Source: Anaerolineae bacterium (GTDB taxonomy: Bacteria > Chloroflexota > Anaerolineae > JAAYZQ01). From it: 64,000 nt of DNA. A program made the translations under genes and the position numbers. Positions 62,064-64,000 of the stretch are shown here, piece by piece; positions within the stretch are counted from its first letter, which is position 1; each line of letters opens with the position of its first letter. The notes under the pieces are model-generated. The model searched no databases, was not told where the DNA came from, and saw only the letters and a list, made by a program, of their open reading frames with translations. Where the stretch lies: NCBI GenBank assembly GCA_034435455.1, contig DAOTXL010000002.1:39023-103022 (forward strand). The letters run 5' to 3'.

Positions 62064-62282
62064 ATGTCCAAAAAATCACAGCGGACCCGCCGCCAGGCCC
62101 CGGTGGTCGCCCAGCCGGTACGGGTGCCCCGGCCCGTCCGGCCCCCGGTCACCCAGAACAAAGTCAAGGAGGTGAACTTTGCCGAGGAGTACCACTATGT
62201 CGTTGAGGATCTAAAGCGCATTGCGGTCATTGCCCTGCTCCTCCTGGCGCTGCTGATCATCCTGGCCCTCCTCCTCGGCTGA
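62064..62282 (+). CDS. Hypothetical small tail-anchored membrane protein
   Basis: GAAAGGAAGG RBS; Arg/Pro-rich N-term, C-terminal TM IAVIALLLLALLIILALLLG. Confidence 0.4.
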   Translation: MSKKSQRTRRQAPVVAQPVRVPRPVRPPVTQNKVKEVNFAEEYHYVVEDLKRIAVIALLLLALLIILALLLG

Positions 62283-62312
62283 AAAAAAGTTGTGTTTTCG
62301 GCCCTTCAGGTC

Positions 62313-62341
62313 TTGACAAGGGGCGAGTCTTTTGGTATAAT
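62313..62341 (+). promoter_or_regulatory. rRNA promoter P1 (TTGACA-17-TATAAT)
   Basis: tcttgacaaggggcgagtcttttggtataat, perfect consensus hexamers. Confidence 0.7.
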
Positions 62342-62464
62342 AGAAGTAGATGGAAGAACTTTAACCGATAGGCAGCCGGCGAACCAGATTCGCAGGGCAG
62401 CGGCCAGCAGATTGAACGGCGATCTGCTGGTCGCTTTGTCGCCTGATCACAGGCGAGGTCAAAT

Positions 62465-62493
62465 TTGACAGGCGTTTCGAGTTGTGGTAAAGT
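62465..62493 (+). promoter_or_regulatory. rRNA promoter P2 (TTGACA-17-TAAAGT)
   Basis: atttgacaggcgtttcgagttgtggtaaagt. Confidence 0.55.
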
Positions 62494-62529
62494 GTGGCCT
62501 CGCTGGAGTGGTCACAAAGGGGTTGCGAT

Positions 62530-62558
62530 TTGACAAGGGAATAGAGGTATGCTATACT
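62530..62558 (+). promoter_or_regulatory. rRNA promoter P3 (TTGACA-17-TATACT)
   Basis: atttgacaagggaatagaggtatgctatact. Confidence 0.6.
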
Positions 62559-62649
62559 GCGGCCCCTGTAGTGGACAGGACCTTAACAACTGAAGAGTGA
62601 TAGGAAGACAAGCGGACGCTTTGGGCCCAAACTCAAAACGTGAATTTAC

Positions 62650-64000
<1,351 letters not shown>

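Overview
High-GC (about 65%) chromosomal window. The partial 16S rRNA at the 3' end looks Chloroflexota-like, but I cannot confirm the lineage without a database search. From 1 to 51439 essentially every gene is on the minus strand, with many 1-4 nt stop/start overlaps. Only one response regulator/histidine kinase pair (11364..13551) is on the plus strand. After a 560-bp AT-rich divergent region at 51440..51998 all genes are on the plus strand and run into an rRNA operon with three tandem sigma70-type promoters.

Content from left to right:
- obg (partial), a secreted protein with three PA14 domains, and a porDABG-type 2-oxoacid:ferredoxin oxidoreductase operon.
- A three-subunit Tat-dependent molybdoenzyme operon resembling nitrate-inducible formate dehydrogenase, in the order alpha / TorD-like chaperone / FeS beta / cytochrome-b gamma.
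- A plus-strand NarL/NarX-type two-component pair.
- A second, PsrABC-type molybdoenzyme operon (TorD-like, alpha, FeS subunit, NrfD membrane subunit) preceded by its own histidine kinase and response regulator. Its alpha subunit has an unusual CX3CX3C FeS motif and a roughly 95-residue methionine-rich insertion.
- A large accessory array of about 30 kb.

The most interesting part of that array, and probably undescribed, is 21527..32136, a duplicated module:
- Two paralogous radical-SAM/SPASM enzymes, each with an N-terminal AbrB/MazE-like swapped-hairpin domain.
- Two paralogous DUF3786-like proteins that end in a CODH/ACS-type CX2CX4C...CP Fe-S domain.
- Three proteins sharing a small uncharacterised 'IxIGE' domain, one of them fused to a 2x[4Fe-4S] ferredoxin.
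- A signal-peptide protein with three thioredoxin folds fused to a CcdA membrane domain.
- A translationally coupled Cys-rich small membrane protein.
- A SufC/SufD-like pair, XdhC, and a P5CR-like oxidoreductase.

I propose this as a candidate novel radical-SAM-dependent maturation or thiol-redox system. It may serve the neighbouring molybdo/FeS enzymes, or the Cys-rich protein may be its substrate.

Downstream of it lies a metal/sulfur-cofactor trafficking array: NifX-like, three DGC-domain proteins, Mrp/NBP35-DUF59, DUF59, FmdE, AhpD-like, OsmC, a CDF transporter, two TauE paralogs, a rhodanese, and a cysteine desulfurase flanked by paralogous small proteins. After that come a second CcdA+TlpA pair and an arsenic-type cluster (ACR3, tandem USP, ArsR with a CVCH site, a small thioredoxin-like protein, an ArsP-like permease).

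Two copies of an approximately 70-120 bp palindromic intergenic repeat are present. One of them carries a (CCGAATT)x4 heptamer expansion in its loop.

The plus-strand tail encodes MoxR, a B12-binding radical-SAM protein, a PfkB kinase, a Xer recombinase, a PH-SHOCT membrane protein, purine nucleoside phosphorylase, MurJ, and a sortase.

Coordinates for internal starts are computed from the supplied ORF frames and may be off by 1-3 nt.
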